A DNA stretch of 64,000 nt from Candidatus Poribacteria bacterium (GTDB lineage Bacteria; Poribacteria; WGA-4E; PCPOR2b), in contig JAJEAL010000080.1 in the NCBI GenBank assembly GCA_022822785.1, positions 448 through 64,447 on the forward strand. The letters are read 5' to 3'. Position numbers and translations under genes: made by a program. The notes beneath the pieces were generated by a model. That model was not told the origin of the DNA. It did no database searches and saw nothing but the letters and a program-made list of their open reading frames with translations. This document shows, in pieces, positions 27,364 through 37,725 of the stretch (position 1 is its first letter; each line of letters begins with the position of its first letter).

Positions 27364-28596
27364 TTAATCTGCACGGAATGTCCCTTCCTGTTGCACCCGC
27401 TCATAGGTGCGAGCAAATTCCGTTGAACCGTCGTCTTCCCAGATTTCGGACCTAACCCCTCGAATTGTGCCTTCCTCACGCCCCGTCACTCTGGTGGGTG
27501 AAACATAGGAGCGACCGTAGAACGTATTTCCGCCCGGCATGTGCAGCGTGCCAACATGTTTTGGAGGTACTGTAGGTTTATTCGCCGCAATACGTGCTAG
27601 CGCGTCCTCGTCTACTTCGTATCCCAGTCCTGGCCCCTCGGGAACGGGTGATGATCCCTCAATGACAGGGATCCGCTCGGTGGTGTAGTCTTCCTCGTAT
27701 TGATCGTCCAGATTAATGGAATGTGCGGTATGGGTGGGTAGGACCGCCGCCATGTGTAGTGCCATCGCCTTGCCGAGTGTGCCGGACTCAAACTGAAGTA
27801 TTGTCTGGATATTCGCCTTGCCGCAAGCAAAGCCGGTTGCAATGGTATCACCAATCGTACCGCCAATCATATAGATGTCAGCGACGCCACGAATGATTTC
27901 CTGTACGCCTCCGAGCGGCGTCCCGTGCATGATAATTGGGAGTCCCGTCTGTTCACGCAATTGACGCCAGCCGTCTACATCGTTTTTCACGAGCGGGTCT
28001 TCGATATAGCCGACAATGGGATGGTTGCGTTCCAATTCGTGAATGATGGGGAGTACCGCTGCGAGACTCCGGTTACTGTTGAAGTCGTAGTGAATCTTAA
28101 AACCTTCTGGGGCGACCTGTTCGGCGAGCCGTGTTTGTTCCATCACATCATGGTAATCGCAGGTGTGCATCTTGAAGATCGTGTAACCTTGATCTACCGC
28201 CCGGCTGATTTCGTCGCGGAATGCCTCCGGCGATGCGGGACGAGTCCAGGCCGCCACCGGCACCGCATCGCGAACTTTCTGCCCGATTAACTTATAGACG
28301 GGCACCTCAAGATATTTTCCCATCACATCGTAAAGGGCACAATTCAGGGCGGAGCCGTAGGGCAGATAGTTGTTAATAAAATCAAACGGATTACGACCAA
28401 TAAGCGACGCTGCAATTGCTGGATCCGGCTGTCCACCCGGACGGACGCGCTGGTCGCCATAACCGACTATTCCCGCATCGGCTTCTACCTTGAAAACGGT
28501 GCGGTGGTCTATACCGTATAGATCGACCTTGCGAGTTTCGTACCGTTTTGCTAGACGGGGATAAATCGGAATCACTTCAATATTGGTAATTTTCAT
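27364..28596 (-). CDS. enolase-superfamily enzyme (mandelate racemase/muconate lactonizing enzyme-like)
   Basis: MKITNIEVIPIY ... an N-terminal capping domain, then a TIM-barrel region with FKMHTC ... IEDP ... DxxxW-like acid/base motifs. 410 aa. Confidence 0.6.
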   Translation of the reverse strand: MKITNIEVIPIYPRLAKRYETRKVDLYGIDHRTVFKVEADAGIVGYGDQRVRPGGQPDPAIAASLIGRNPFDFINNYLPYGSALNCALYDVMGKYLEVPVYKLIGQKVRDAVPVAAWTRPASPEAFRDEISRAVDQGYTIFKMHTCDYHDVMEQTRLAEQVAPEGFKIHYDFNSNRSLAAVLPIIHELERNHPIVGYIEDPLVKNDVDGWRQLREQTGLPIIMHGTPLGGVQEIIRGVADIYMIGGTIGDTIATGFACGKANIQTILQFESGTLGKAMALHMAAVLPTHTAHSINLDDQYEEDYTTERIPVIEGSSPVPEGPGLGYEVDEDALARIAANKPTVPPKHVGTLHMPGGNTFYGRSYVSPTRVTGREEGTIRGVRSEIWEDDGSTEFARTYERVQQEGTFRAD

Positions 28597-28763
28597 CTAA
28601 GTGCTCCTTATTAACGCGGCTTCATTGCACGAAAAGTGTGGGTATAGAAAGGATATTCTCTCTTATGCTGCCTCAACGGTATACTAACAGATTTCCGAAC
28701 GTTATTCAAGGGAATGGCTGGTGGAAGCCCTCGGTTTCTATAACATGGTGGGTACGTGCTGAA

Positions 28764-29996
28764 TTAGGTTGTCCAACCTTTCACCATATACGCCTGTAAT
28801 ATGCCACTCTCGTCTGAATTGAAGAACCCGGTACTGCCATCCGGTGAGAGGAACGGATGAATATGGCTGCCTTTCTCCCAAGACGAGTGTGGGTTAAGCA
28901 AGAAGGTCGTTTTCTGAAGCGGACTCGTTTCATCGGTGGGCAGCTCAGCTAGATAGATTGCTCCACCGCCATCTCGAGGCCCTGCGTCCGTAATCAGGTG
29001 CTGTCCGGCAAGATCTGTGGCAAAATGGTAGAAATCAGGGTTTGGGAAATTTCGCGATAGGTTGTTACGTTTGCTACCCGGTGTATTGAGCCCCAAGTGG
29101 CCCACATGAGGCAAGGCGCGTCCCTCAATCAGTTGACAATTCTTAGGTTCTCGCGTGGAGGTGCTAGTAAGTGCCCTCGTGCTCCGTCCAATCCAACACT
29201 GATGGCCTTGACAAAACTCAATCCCGTTTCGTCCCCAAGGCAGATCTCTGAGTCTCGTTCCATCATCCCGGATGACGTGGATATCTGCCCCATCGCCCCC
29301 AACGAGTCGCGTGACGTTTCCCGCGGGGTCAGAGGTATTGCCATGGTTCTCTTGGATCAGAATATCGTGTGTGTCCTCGTTGTCGAGAGACCGGCTGTAT
29401 TGTGGGTGCATGTTGCACCATGTCTGTCCGTGGATAATTGGTTCGACAGATGCCTTCTCTAGGTCAAAAACCATCAATCCCCAAGGTGCATCTGCTGTTT
29501 TACCATCGCCAAAGAAAGCGGAAATCGCTAACCGTTTGCCGTCAGAGGATATTGTGGACAGCGGATACGGACGACTCGGACGAAAAGTGGTGTCGGGAAA
29601 TGGTGTGTCAATCGTTAGTAGTGTCTCTCTGTTGGTGCCGTCCATGCCAACCTGCTTGAGTGTCAATCTCCCACCGCCGGGGTAAGTCTCATTGATGAAA
29701 TAGTAGAGAGTCATCCCGTCAGGTGATACAGACGGAGCGGTTGCACCAACCTCTTCGGTAATCGGAATGAGTTCACAATTATTCTCCAGGTCGCAGATTA
29801 GATATTTATGTTCAGGGTCTTTAGGATCTGATCCGTGTGGATGTGCGGAACGGTGCAGGATAAATCGCTTTGAATCCGGCGAAAAGATTTGTGCCTCCAT
29901 ATAAATGTGCGAGCTGGGTACATCTTCCGTTGTCAGTTGAATAATTTCCAACTCATCAGGACTGGACTCGCTCCGCAGATCCGGTCGTTTTTTCAT
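28764..29996 (-). CDS. beta-propeller protein (oligogalacturonate lyase-like or TolB/PD40-like)
   Basis: Repeated S(P)DG(K/M) blades: FSPDSKRF, VSPDGMTLYY, ISSDGKRLAI, LSPDGSTGFF. 410 aa, no signal peptide. Confidence 0.5.
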   Translation of the reverse strand: MKKRPDLRSESSPDELEIIQLTTEDVPSSHIYMEAQIFSPDSKRFILHRSAHPHGSDPKDPEHKYLICDLENNCELIPITEEVGATAPSVSPDGMTLYYFINETYPGGGRLTLKQVGMDGTNRETLLTIDTPFPDTTFRPSRPYPLSTISSDGKRLAISAFFGDGKTADAPWGLMVFDLEKASVEPIIHGQTWCNMHPQYSRSLDNEDTHDILIQENHGNTSDPAGNVTRLVGGDGADIHVIRDDGTRLRDLPWGRNGIEFCQGHQCWIGRSTRALTSTSTREPKNCQLIEGRALPHVGHLGLNTPGSKRNNLSRNFPNPDFYHFATDLAGQHLITDAGPRDGGGAIYLAELPTDETSPLQKTTFLLNPHSSWEKGSHIHPFLSPDGSTGFFNSDESGILQAYMVKGWTT

Positions 29997-30218
29997 TATC
30001 CTTGCCTCCTATATGAAATTGCTGTTCGCATGGCGTTCTACACAGTATCAATTCCCACTCTAGCTTAACACCAATTAGGAATTCAAGCAAGAAAAGTCTG
30101 TTGATCTGCCCCCTAAATCGTGCTAATATGTAAACGATCTAGCTGTTTTTCTGATTAATAGAAATTAAGTTGAAAATTGAAGTTGGTGAAACTGTCGGAT
30201 TTGAAAAGCGGAGATACC

Positions 30219-30956
30219 ATGTACTTAAAATATATACGTCCCTATCAATTAAAGGAAGCTGTGGAACACGATTATGCCCTACTAGTGCCAGCGGGTTGCA
30301 TTGAAACTCACGGTCCCCATATGGCGATTGGTCACGACACAATCATCGTTGAAGAGATTTGTGCCCGAATCGCTGAAGAGGTAAAGGTCGTCATTGCCCC
30401 ATCCTTCGATTACGGTCCCACTGGGTATGCACTCGGCGGTCCCGCCGAAGGCACCATTGATCCGGATTACGCGGCATTTGGGGCACATGTCAAAGCGATT
30501 CTAAAAAATTTTCGTGAGATGGGCTTTAAGACTATTTATGTAATCATCATGCACCAAGGTATGGAGGCACCACTCGCGCTCGCTTTCAAAAAGGCAGCAG
30601 CAGAACTTGCATTCGAGAGTATTTTAGAGTGCGGTTATCCGCGGGGTTGGTGGGGGGTGGAATCGTTGAAGAACGAGGCGGGCCCACTATCCGGTCACGT
30701 CGAAGTCCAACCAATGATTCTCCCCGACGCATCGCCGCCGGCTGGTGGTGACCATGCTGGTTATAACGAGACGTCTTTTCTACTAGCCACCCGTCCTGAA
30801 TTAGTAGAACAAGATCGTTTGGATGATACGGCACCTTGGTATTGTCGCCAAAATGAGGAGAAGAATAGCTGGACCGCCAATGCTGAACATGGACAAGCGA
30901 TGGTAGATGCAGTCGTGGCAGCGTGGGTCAAAAAAATTAGCTCACGTGTGGGGTAA
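30219..30956 (+). CDS. creatininase-family amidohydrolase
   Basis: LLVPAGCIETHGPHMAIGHDT ... GGDHAGYNETS. The start is chosen at the Met of MYLKYIRPY; the ORF track starts at 30177. Confidence 0.7.
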   Translation: MYLKYIRPYQLKEAVEHDYALLVPAGCIETHGPHMAIGHDTIIVEEICARIAEEVKVVIAPSFDYGPTGYALGGPAEGTIDPDYAAFGAHVKAILKNFREMGFKTIYVIIMHQGMEAPLALAFKKAAAELAFESILECGYPRGWWGVESLKNEAGPLSGHVEVQPMILPDASPPAGGDHAGYNETSFLLATRPELVEQDRLDDTAPWYCRQNEEKNSWTANAEHGQAMVDAVVAAWVKKISSRVG

Positions 30957-30963
30957 ATACTAT

Positions 30964-32382
30964 ATGACATTTGCAGATAAACAGATCACTGTCTTCGGAC
31001 TCCATCGCAGCGGTGTTGCCGTTGCCCAATTACTAGATGATCTCGGCGCAAAAGTGCTTGTGACAGACCCGAAATCCGGTGACGAGCTACAAGAGGACAT
31101 TGATGCCCTCAAGGATCGAGAAATCGATTTCGTTCTCGGTGGTCATAATCGACGCTGCATTGAAAAGACAGATCTGGTTGTTCTTTCGCCAGGGGTGCCA
31201 CTAGACATCCCAATACTCCAAGAAGCCCGTGCAGCAAATCTCCCGATTATCGGCGAACTAGAGGTAGCTGCAAGCGTCTGTGAAGCACCAATAATTGCGA
31301 TTACGGGAACAAAAGGCAAGTCAACGACCACAATTTTAACAGCTGAACTTCTCAAGCGTGGACATTTTCGCAGAGTTTGTACCGCTGGGAACATTGGGGT
31401 CCCGTTGTCGAGTGAGATCCGGCGTTTAACGGTTGAAGATCTCGTTGTCGTCGAAGCCAGCAGCTTTCAACTTGAAACGACGACTAAGTTCAGACCAGTA
31501 GTCAGTGTTGTGCTAAATCTGTCACGCGATCATCTAGATCGTCACAGGACAATGGAAGCTTACCGCGCAGCAAAACTGAAGATTTGCGCGAATCAAACAG
31601 CCGCTGACTGGATTGTGCTAAATGCGTTGGATGAAAACGTTAGTGCTTTCGCCGATGAAACCCCGGCAAAGCCGGTTTATTTTGCAGATACCGCCGATGT
31701 TAAAGTGGATGTCTATGTGGAGCATAACCAGATTTTTGTAAAACGGGGAGGCGAATCTCATCAGATCTGCGATGTTGGCGACATCCCCTTGCCCGGAAGG
31801 CATAACAGCCAAAATGTCCTCGCTGCAATAACCGTTGCACAGATTTTTAATATTCCATCTAGTATGATGCGTTCGGCGATCCGTGACTTTTCCCCTGCCG
31901 AACATGCTGCCCTTGAGCACGCTTTTGAGCCGGTCAAAACAATCAATGGGATCCAGTTCATCAACGATTCCAAAGCTACCAATGTCGCAGCGGTCAAGGC
32001 AGCGCTTGAATCGTTGTCAGGTCCGATCCTGCTAATCATGGGAGGCTATGATAAGGGGAACAATTATCAGCCGCTGATTGAATGTATCCAATCTAGGGTC
32101 AAAGGATTAATCTTATTGGGATCGCATACGGGAATAATACGAAACGCCCTTGCAGCCCATGTCGTTCTACGGGATGCAGGGACGATGCAAGAGGCTGTCA
32201 AGCTCGCGTACTCACAAGCCGCGCCGGGCGATGTAGTGCTTCTATCGCCGGCGAATGCTAGTTTTGATATGTTTACAGATTATAAGGCGCGTGGGCAAGC
32301 GTTTCGGGAGGCTGTTAACCAACTTGAAGCGGCAGAACCAATCTCAAAATCCGATATCTGTCTGGACCAATTCTCCGATTAA
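30964..32382 (+). CDS. murD: UDP-N-acetylmuramoyl-L-alanine--D-glutamate ligase MurD
   Basis: ITVFGLHRSGVAVAQLL ... AITGTKGKSTTT ... HNSQNVLAA. It is the first gene of the partial dcw cluster. The start is chosen at MTFADKQ. Confidence 0.88.
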   Translation: MTFADKQITVFGLHRSGVAVAQLLDDLGAKVLVTDPKSGDELQEDIDALKDREIDFVLGGHNRRCIEKTDLVVLSPGVPLDIPILQEARAANLPIIGELEVAASVCEAPIIAITGTKGKSTTTILTAELLKRGHFRRVCTAGNIGVPLSSEIRRLTVEDLVVVEASSFQLETTTKFRPVVSVVLNLSRDHLDRHRTMEAYRAAKLKICANQTAADWIVLNALDENVSAFADETPAKPVYFADTADVKVDVYVEHNQIFVKRGGESHQICDVGDIPLPGRHNSQNVLAAITVAQIFNIPSSMMRSAIRDFSPAEHAALEHAFEPVKTINGIQFINDSKATNVAAVKAALESLSGPILLIMGGYDKGNNYQPLIECIQSRVKGLILLGSHTGIIRNALAAHVVLRDAGTMQEAVKLAYSQAAPGDVVLLSPANASFDMFTDYKARGQAFREAVNQLEAAEPISKSDICLDQFSD

Positions 32383-33565
32383 AGGCGGAATAGACCATAT
32401 CCTGCTGTTCATCACACTATGTCTTGTCGCAATTGGAATCGTGATGGTTTACAGCTCAAGCAACATGCTGGCCTATAAGCTGTATAACGAAAACAGTTAT
32501 CACTACTTAAGGATGCAACTGATCGCGTGCGCGATTGGATTGGTCAGCATGTTTGCAGCGTCATACTTCCCATATCAATACTATCATAGGTACGCTAAGC
32601 TAATTTTAGCGGTATCATTAGGTGGATTGCTGCTGGTATTCTCTCCAATTGGACATGAGGTTCGTTCAGCGGGTGGTATCCAGTTTCATAGATGGGTTCG
32701 GATCGCTGGTCTCCAATTTCAACCTGTTGAATTGACAAAGCTTGGGTTGATAATTTACGTGTCTCATTTCCTTGTTAGCAAACCTAACCAGATTCGTAGC
32801 TTTACCCGCGGCGTGCTTCCGACCATTCTTATCTTGTCGATTACGTTTGTTCTGCTATACAAACAGCCTGATTTTGGATCAGCTGTCCTATTAAGTCTGT
32901 CCGTCTTTGTATTACTATTTGTAGGTGGGGCGCGCCCCTCACAGATTGTGCTTGTTGTTGGAATTGCCTGTTTTTTCGTGTATTCATCAATTCAAGACGA
33001 CGCCTATAAAATGCAGCGAATCCAAGGCTTCCTGAGTTCGCTGAAGTTCCCTTATGAAGGACACTATCAGATTAATCGGTCCATAAATGCGCTCGCGCTC
33101 GGCGGATTATTCGGTGCCGGTATTGGTAACAGTGTCTTTAAACTCTTTCATCTCCCGTATCCGCATACCGATTTCATTTTTGCGATTCTTGGAGAAGAAC
33201 TCGGTTTTCTCGGTACTATTGGCATTATTGCCCTATTTATGCTACTCATCTGGAGGGGAATCTATATTGCTCGACATACCACGGAGCCCTTTGGCTGTTT
33301 GATTGCCATCGGAATTTCCACGCTTATTGGATTGCAAACGATTGTTAATATGGGGGTAGTAACCGGTATGTTGCCCACGAAAGGAATTACGCTGCCTTTT
33401 ATCAGCTATGGTGGTTCATCGCTCTTGGTCAGTCTGTTCAGCGTGGGGGTGTTATTGAATATCTCGCGTGATATGAGCGAAACAGTCGCGGGACGTGCGC
33501 CGCTAGAGAGAATCCGGATAAATCGAAATATTGCAGAGGTCCCACCGATTCGATTAAAACTGTAA
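32255..33565 (+). CDS. ftsW: SEDS-family peptidoglycan polymerase FtsW
   Basis: Multi-pass membrane protein with RPSQIV ... PDFGSA ... LPTKGITLPFISYGGSSLL. The start is uncertain: ATG 32255, GTG 32291 or TTG 32324. It overlaps the murD 3-prime end. Confidence 0.85.
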   Translation: MLVLICLQIIRRVGKRFGRLLTNLKRQNQSQNPISVWTNSPIKGGIDHILLFITLCLVAIGIVMVYSSSNMLAYKLYNENSYHYLRMQLIACAIGLVSMFAASYFPYQYYHRYAKLILAVSLGGLLLVFSPIGHEVRSAGGIQFHRWVRIAGLQFQPVELTKLGLIIYVSHFLVSKPNQIRSFTRGVLPTILILSITFVLLYKQPDFGSAVLLSLSVFVLLFVGGARPSQIVLVVGIACFFVYSSIQDDAYKMQRIQGFLSSLKFPYEGHYQINRSINALALGGLFGAGIGNSVFKLFHLPYPHTDFIFAILGEELGFLGTIGIIALFMLLIWRGIYIARHTTEPFGCLIAIGISTLIGLQTIVNMGVVTGMLPTKGITLPFISYGGSSLLVSLFSVGVLLNISRDMSETVAGRAPLERIRINRNIAEVPPIRLKL

Positions 33566-33650
33566 CAAAGTGAAGTGTCTATCTGACAGATCATCATACT
33601 TTATGGGAGGGTTCTAGCGTCGTGGGTGTATATCATAAAAGAGGTCTAGA

Positions 33651-34760
33651 TTGATGCCGCGAATAGTGATTTCTGGTGGTGGCACTGGGGGTCACATCTA
33701 TCCAGCTATCGGGATTGCCAAAGCGCTGATGCAGCTCAACGCGGAGGCTGAAGTTGTTTTCATTGGTGGAGCAGATCGTCTCGAATCAACGCTTGTTCCG
33801 CAGCATGGATTTCGCTTTCTACCTATTTCCGTTGCTGGCTTTCCGCGCAAATTAACATGGCGATGGCTTCCAGTTATTCACAGGGTCTGTTCCGGCTTCG
33901 CAAAATCGTTGTGGCTGCTGAAGGACTTGAAACCTAGGGTTGTGGTCGGGACGGGAGGATATGTCTGCGGACCTGTACTTTTCGCAGCTGTACTCCTCGG
34001 TATTCCCACTGTGATACAGGAGCAAAATGCCGCACCGGGACTGACAAATCGCGTGTTGGCGCGCTGGGCAGAAATGGTTTATCTTGCGTTTGAAACGGCG
34101 GGTAAACACCTACCGACTCAAAAAACGGTAGTGATGGGCAACCCAATCCGTCGAACAATCGCAGATGTCGAACGAAATCGTGAAACTTACGATTCACTCG
34201 GACTGGACCCGGGGCGAAGAACTGTATTTGTAATGGGTGGGAGCCAAGGCGCGCAGGCAATTAACCGAAGTGTCACGGACGCCCTAGATCATTTAGAGAT
34301 GTTTCACGAGCAACTTCAGTTTGTTCATCAGACGGGAAAAGCCGATTACAATGCAGTTAAGGTGCGTTATCAGGCTTCATCACTTCGACATCTAGTGCAG
34401 CCGTACTTTGATCCTATCGAAACGATTTACAGTATTGCAGATCTGATGGTATGCCGAGCCGGTGGTATGACAATAGCTGAAATCACGACGTGTGGTATTC
34501 CTGCGCTTTTTATCCCTTTGCCGACCGCTACCGGAGATCATCAAAGGTTGAATGCTCAAGCGATTGCAGATGCGGGTGGCGGTGTTGTGCTAGATCAGTC
34601 CACGTTGACGGGCGGCACGCTTGCTGAAGAAGTGGTCAAAATCATCAATAATCCCGATAAACACCAACAGATGAAGCATCGAAGTCGTCGGCTGGGCAAT
34701 CCGCATGCCAGCAAAGAAATTGCCCAATCAATCTTTTCTTTTATAAAATGTAATCCTTAA
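33651..34760 (+). CDS. murG: undecaprenyldiphospho-muramoylpentapeptide beta-N-acetylglucosaminyltransferase MurG
   Basis: IVISGGGTGGHIYPAIGIAKAL ... GGSQGA ... a C-terminal GT-B domain. 369 aa. Confidence 0.9.
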   Translation: MMPRIVISGGGTGGHIYPAIGIAKALMQLNAEAEVVFIGGADRLESTLVPQHGFRFLPISVAGFPRKLTWRWLPVIHRVCSGFAKSLWLLKDLKPRVVVGTGGYVCGPVLFAAVLLGIPTVIQEQNAAPGLTNRVLARWAEMVYLAFETAGKHLPTQKTVVMGNPIRRTIADVERNRETYDSLGLDPGRRTVFVMGGSQGAQAINRSVTDALDHLEMFHEQLQFVHQTGKADYNAVKVRYQASSLRHLVQPYFDPIETIYSIADLMVCRAGGMTIAEITTCGIPALFIPLPTATGDHQRLNAQAIADAGGGVVLDQSTLTGGTLAEEVVKIINNPDKHQQMKHRSRRLGNPHASKEIAQSIFSFIKCNP

Positions 34761-34779
34761 AGTTAGAAAGTTTATATCT

Positions 34780-36168
34780 ATGTTTGGAAAAACTAGTCAC
34801 ATTCACATCATCGGTATTGGTGGTGCCGGACTCAGTGGAATTGCTGAGATTTTGTTGAACCAAAATTTTCAGGTGTCTGGATCCGATTTGCGCGAAACAG
34901 AAGTTACGGAACACTTAGCGGCATTGGGGGCGCGGATTTACTATGGTCATGCCGCCGAGCAGATTGCCGACGCCGATGTTGTTGTAATGTCTCCCGCGGT
35001 TCCGTTGCAAAATCCCGAAGTGGTTGCAGCGCAAGAACGCAAGATTCCTGTTATTCGTGGAGCAGAGATGCTTGCTGAGATTATGCGGATGAAGTATAGC
35101 ATTGCGATAAGTGGGACGCACGGGAAAACCACTACAACCGCTATGACAGCGGCGGTACTGGATAAGCTGGACCCAACTGTTGTTGTCGGAGGGAAACTGG
35201 TCAGTTTAGGTAGCCATGCCCGGATTGGGCAAGGAGACGTGATGGTTGTTGAGGCGGACGAAGCTTACGGTTCTATCGAAAAATTTTTCCCAACAATCGC
35301 GGTGGTGACATCGGTCGATGCGGATCACTTGGACTACTATAACAGCGTTGAAGAGATTGGTGAGACGTTCCTGGAATTCATCAACAAGGTGCCGTTTTAC
35401 GGCACCGCTGTGCTGTGCCTCGATCAGGAAAATATTCAGCAGCTTATTCCCCGAATCGAAAAACGCTACATCACTTATGGAATTGAAACTCGTGCGGACC
35501 TAATAGCCGAGAGGTTGAGTGTTGAAGGGCCAACTTCTCATTACCGTATCCAATTGCATGGCGAAGTCCTTGGACAGGTCCACCTGAAGATGCCGGGTAA
35601 GCATAATATCTTAAACTCATTGGCGGCAGTGGCTGTTGGGTTGGAGCTAGGGGTGCCCTTCGATACAATTCGAGAGGCTTTGGAGTCTTTTCGTGGGGTA
35701 CATCGTCGTTTTGAAATTATTGGCAAGGTCAATGATATCATTGTGGTTGATGATTACGCACACAATCCGGCAAAACTAAAAGCGACATTTAGCGCGGCGC
35801 GCGACAGCTATAATCGACGTATCGTCGCGGTTTTTCAGCCACACCGTTACCAGCGGGTGAAGCATCTGGCTGAAGAGTTTTCGAGGTCGTTCTATCAAAC
35901 AGATGTGCTCATCGTGACCTCAATCTATGGTGCAGGGGAGGCGCCGGTCGAGGGGGTAACTGCAGAAAAACTAGCTAATGCCATTCAAGCCTACGGACAT
36001 CGACATGTAATCTATGTTCCCGACACAAACGAAATTACGGACACTTTGGCAAAAATGGTCCGTCCGAATGACATCGTTATCACAGTTGGGGCAGGCGACA
36101 TCTGGCAAGTTGGCCGTGAACTATTGAAAAGGCTTGGTGAAACGGGTGGAACCCCAAACCAAGAGTGA
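34780..36168 (+). CDS. murC: UDP-N-acetylmuramate--L-alanine ligase MurC
   Basis: HIHIIGIGGAGLSGIAEIL ... IAISGTHGKTTTTAM ... DDYAHNP. 462 aa. Confidence 0.9.
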   Translation: MFGKTSHIHIIGIGGAGLSGIAEILLNQNFQVSGSDLRETEVTEHLAALGARIYYGHAAEQIADADVVVMSPAVPLQNPEVVAAQERKIPVIRGAEMLAEIMRMKYSIAISGTHGKTTTTAMTAAVLDKLDPTVVVGGKLVSLGSHARIGQGDVMVVEADEAYGSIEKFFPTIAVVTSVDADHLDYYNSVEEIGETFLEFINKVPFYGTAVLCLDQENIQQLIPRIEKRYITYGIETRADLIAERLSVEGPTSHYRIQLHGEVLGQVHLKMPGKHNILNSLAAVAVGLELGVPFDTIREALESFRGVHRRFEIIGKVNDIIVVDDYAHNPAKLKATFSAARDSYNRRIVAVFQPHRYQRVKHLAEEFSRSFYQTDVLIVTSIYGAGEAPVEGVTAEKLANAIQAYGHRHVIYVPDTNEITDTLAKMVRPNDIVITVGAGDIWQVGRELLKRLGETGGTPNQE

Positions 36169-36404
36169 ACAAATTTGCCCCCTGATTCAGATTTTTAGAA
36201 CATCGTACGTCAATCCGCTCTGAGTGTGTAACGTATGTTTTCGGCTCGATTATCCGTCGCGCCAGTTGCATCAAAAAGTAGATTGATAATCGTGAAAATG
36301 TCTTTTAGATAAGTATACTACGAGATATTGTGTGTTTTTTTTGAAAAATATACAAAAAAACGTGTCAGAACAGCGATTTAGGGCAAAATTCGTCAAATTT
36401 TTAG

Positions 36405-36433
36405 TTGATATTTGCAATTGTTTGTCGTATAAT
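36405..36433 (+). promoter_or_regulatory. consensus sigma70 promoter TTGATA-17 bp-TATAAT driving the RHH gene
   Basis: ttgata at 36405-36410, an exact 17-nt spacer, tataat at 36428-36433. The ATG at 36444 is only about 10 nt downstream and has no SD. An AT-rich UP-like region lies upstream at 36290-36400. Confidence 0.6.
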
Positions 36434-36443
36434 CAATTACATC

Positions 36444-36647
36444 ATGGCAAAACAAGTTGTACAATTTCGGTTAGATAAGGACTTACACGATTTTGTGAGG
36501 CACTATGCCGAGCTCAAGCGTATGTCTATCAGTCAGGTCATACGGCTTTGCGTCCTTGAATTTTACGAGGAGCATCAAGACGAAGAAGATCTGACTGAAG
36601 CAACTATTTCTGAGGTGACAGAACGCTTGGAATCTGAGCAAAAATGA
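36444..36647 (+). CDS. small ribbon-helix-helix (CopG/Arc/MetJ-like) DNA-binding protein inserted between murC and ftsQ
   Basis: MAKQVVQFRLDKDLHDFVRHYAELKRMSISQVIRLCVLEFYEE: a beta-strand then two helices, followed by an acidic tail. 67 aa. The ORF track starts at TTG 36405, which is the -35 element. Confidence 0.55.
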   Translation: MAKQVVQFRLDKDLHDFVRHYAELKRMSISQVIRLCVLEFYEEHQDEEDLTEATISEVTERLESEQK

Positions 36648-36884
36648 AGAGGCGGATCTGCTTAAATATGGATTCAAGTATCGACACCGGAAATACTTAG
36701 TCCAGTTGACCCTCGGGACGAGATATAAAACACGACGATAAATCCTGACGCCGGAATCATAGTCTATCCTAGAAGGCAGCCCGATCGAAATGTTGCAACG
36801 ATTATTTTTTAGTGGCTCCAGAACAGATTTGCATCGGCCATGAGGGGGCACACATAACATACGCATCCACTGGGTCTATATGTC

Positions 36885-37724
36885 GTGCAATTTTCATCAC
36901 TTCAATTTTCTAATCGGTTTAAAAACCGGCTACTTCCAGTACCCGACGATTCTTCTGGCTATGTTGGGCGGTATTTAATTATTGGCATAACATGTATCAT
37001 TGGACTACTTTTTATTCATTATTTGACAGCACGGGTCGGACTGTTTCGTGTGAAGCGGATTTCTGTTTCCGGTAATGAACATTATACACAAAAAGAGGTG
37101 ATTGCCGCTCTAGATTTAAGATTTCGACAAAGTGATGTGCATACCATTTCAGTGCCTGCAATTGAAAAACGGCTGAAGCAAAAACTTAGTTACATTAAAC
37201 AAGCACACATCTCAAAAAACATCTTGAAACGTTCATTAACGCTTGAGATAACTGAAAGAGAACCGGTCGCATTACTAAAATATCCTGAGGATAGTCACAT
37301 TCCCTTTGTATTAGTCGATTTTGAAGGATATGTTCTGGAACATTTACCGGCACTGCCAGCTTCCAGTTCAATGGTTGAGATTGTCAGTGCTGGACAGCAA
37401 GTTCCCGACGTGGGAGATCGAATCGGTTCTGATACTGTTCAACTTGCCTTGGAAGTGCTAAATTTAGCGCTGAGTTTGGCACCGGAAATTGTTTCCACGC
37501 TACAAACAATTGATGCGAATCAACCAGATAAAATTGTTCTCGAATTTAGTAATATTCCTATAGCATGGATTTCATCGGACTTGATTAAAACTGGCATTTA
37601 TCATATTAATTTACTCATAAGACATCAAGCGATGCTTATCAATGAAGGAAAACATATTTCAAATCCTCTGAATGGCTATTTGGACGCTAGGTTCGAGGAC
37701 GCTATATATTGGGGAGGGCAATAA
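36885..37724 (+). CDS. ftsQ: cell division protein FtsQ (POTRA domain)
   Basis: GTG start. Short N-terminus, one TM helix (YLIIGITCIIGLLFIHYL), then FRVKRISVSGNEHYTQKEVIAA as POTRA. 279 aa. Confidence 0.7.
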   Translation: MQFSSLQFSNRFKNRLLPVPDDSSGYVGRYLIIGITCIIGLLFIHYLTARVGLFRVKRISVSGNEHYTQKEVIAALDLRFRQSDVHTISVPAIEKRLKQKLSYIKQAHISKNILKRSLTLEITEREPVALLKYPEDSHIPFVLVDFEGYVLEHLPALPASSSMVEIVSAGQQVPDVGDRIGSDTVQLALEVLNLALSLAPEIVSTLQTIDANQPDKIVLEFSNIPIAWISSDLIKTGIYHINLLIRHQAMLINEGKHISNPLNGYLDARFEDAIYWGGQ

Positions 37725-37725
37725 G

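Noticed and set aside
36483-36866. 127-aa minus-strand ORF overlapping the RHH gene
   Set aside because: It is antisense to the RHH ORF and runs through the consensus promoter. It has no RBS and no recognisable motif, so it is probably spurious.
36444-36885. Toxin partner for the RHH protein (type II TA)
   Set aside because: There is no ORF of 60 aa or more on the same strand between the RHH gene and ftsQ. The 240-bp gap is noncoding.
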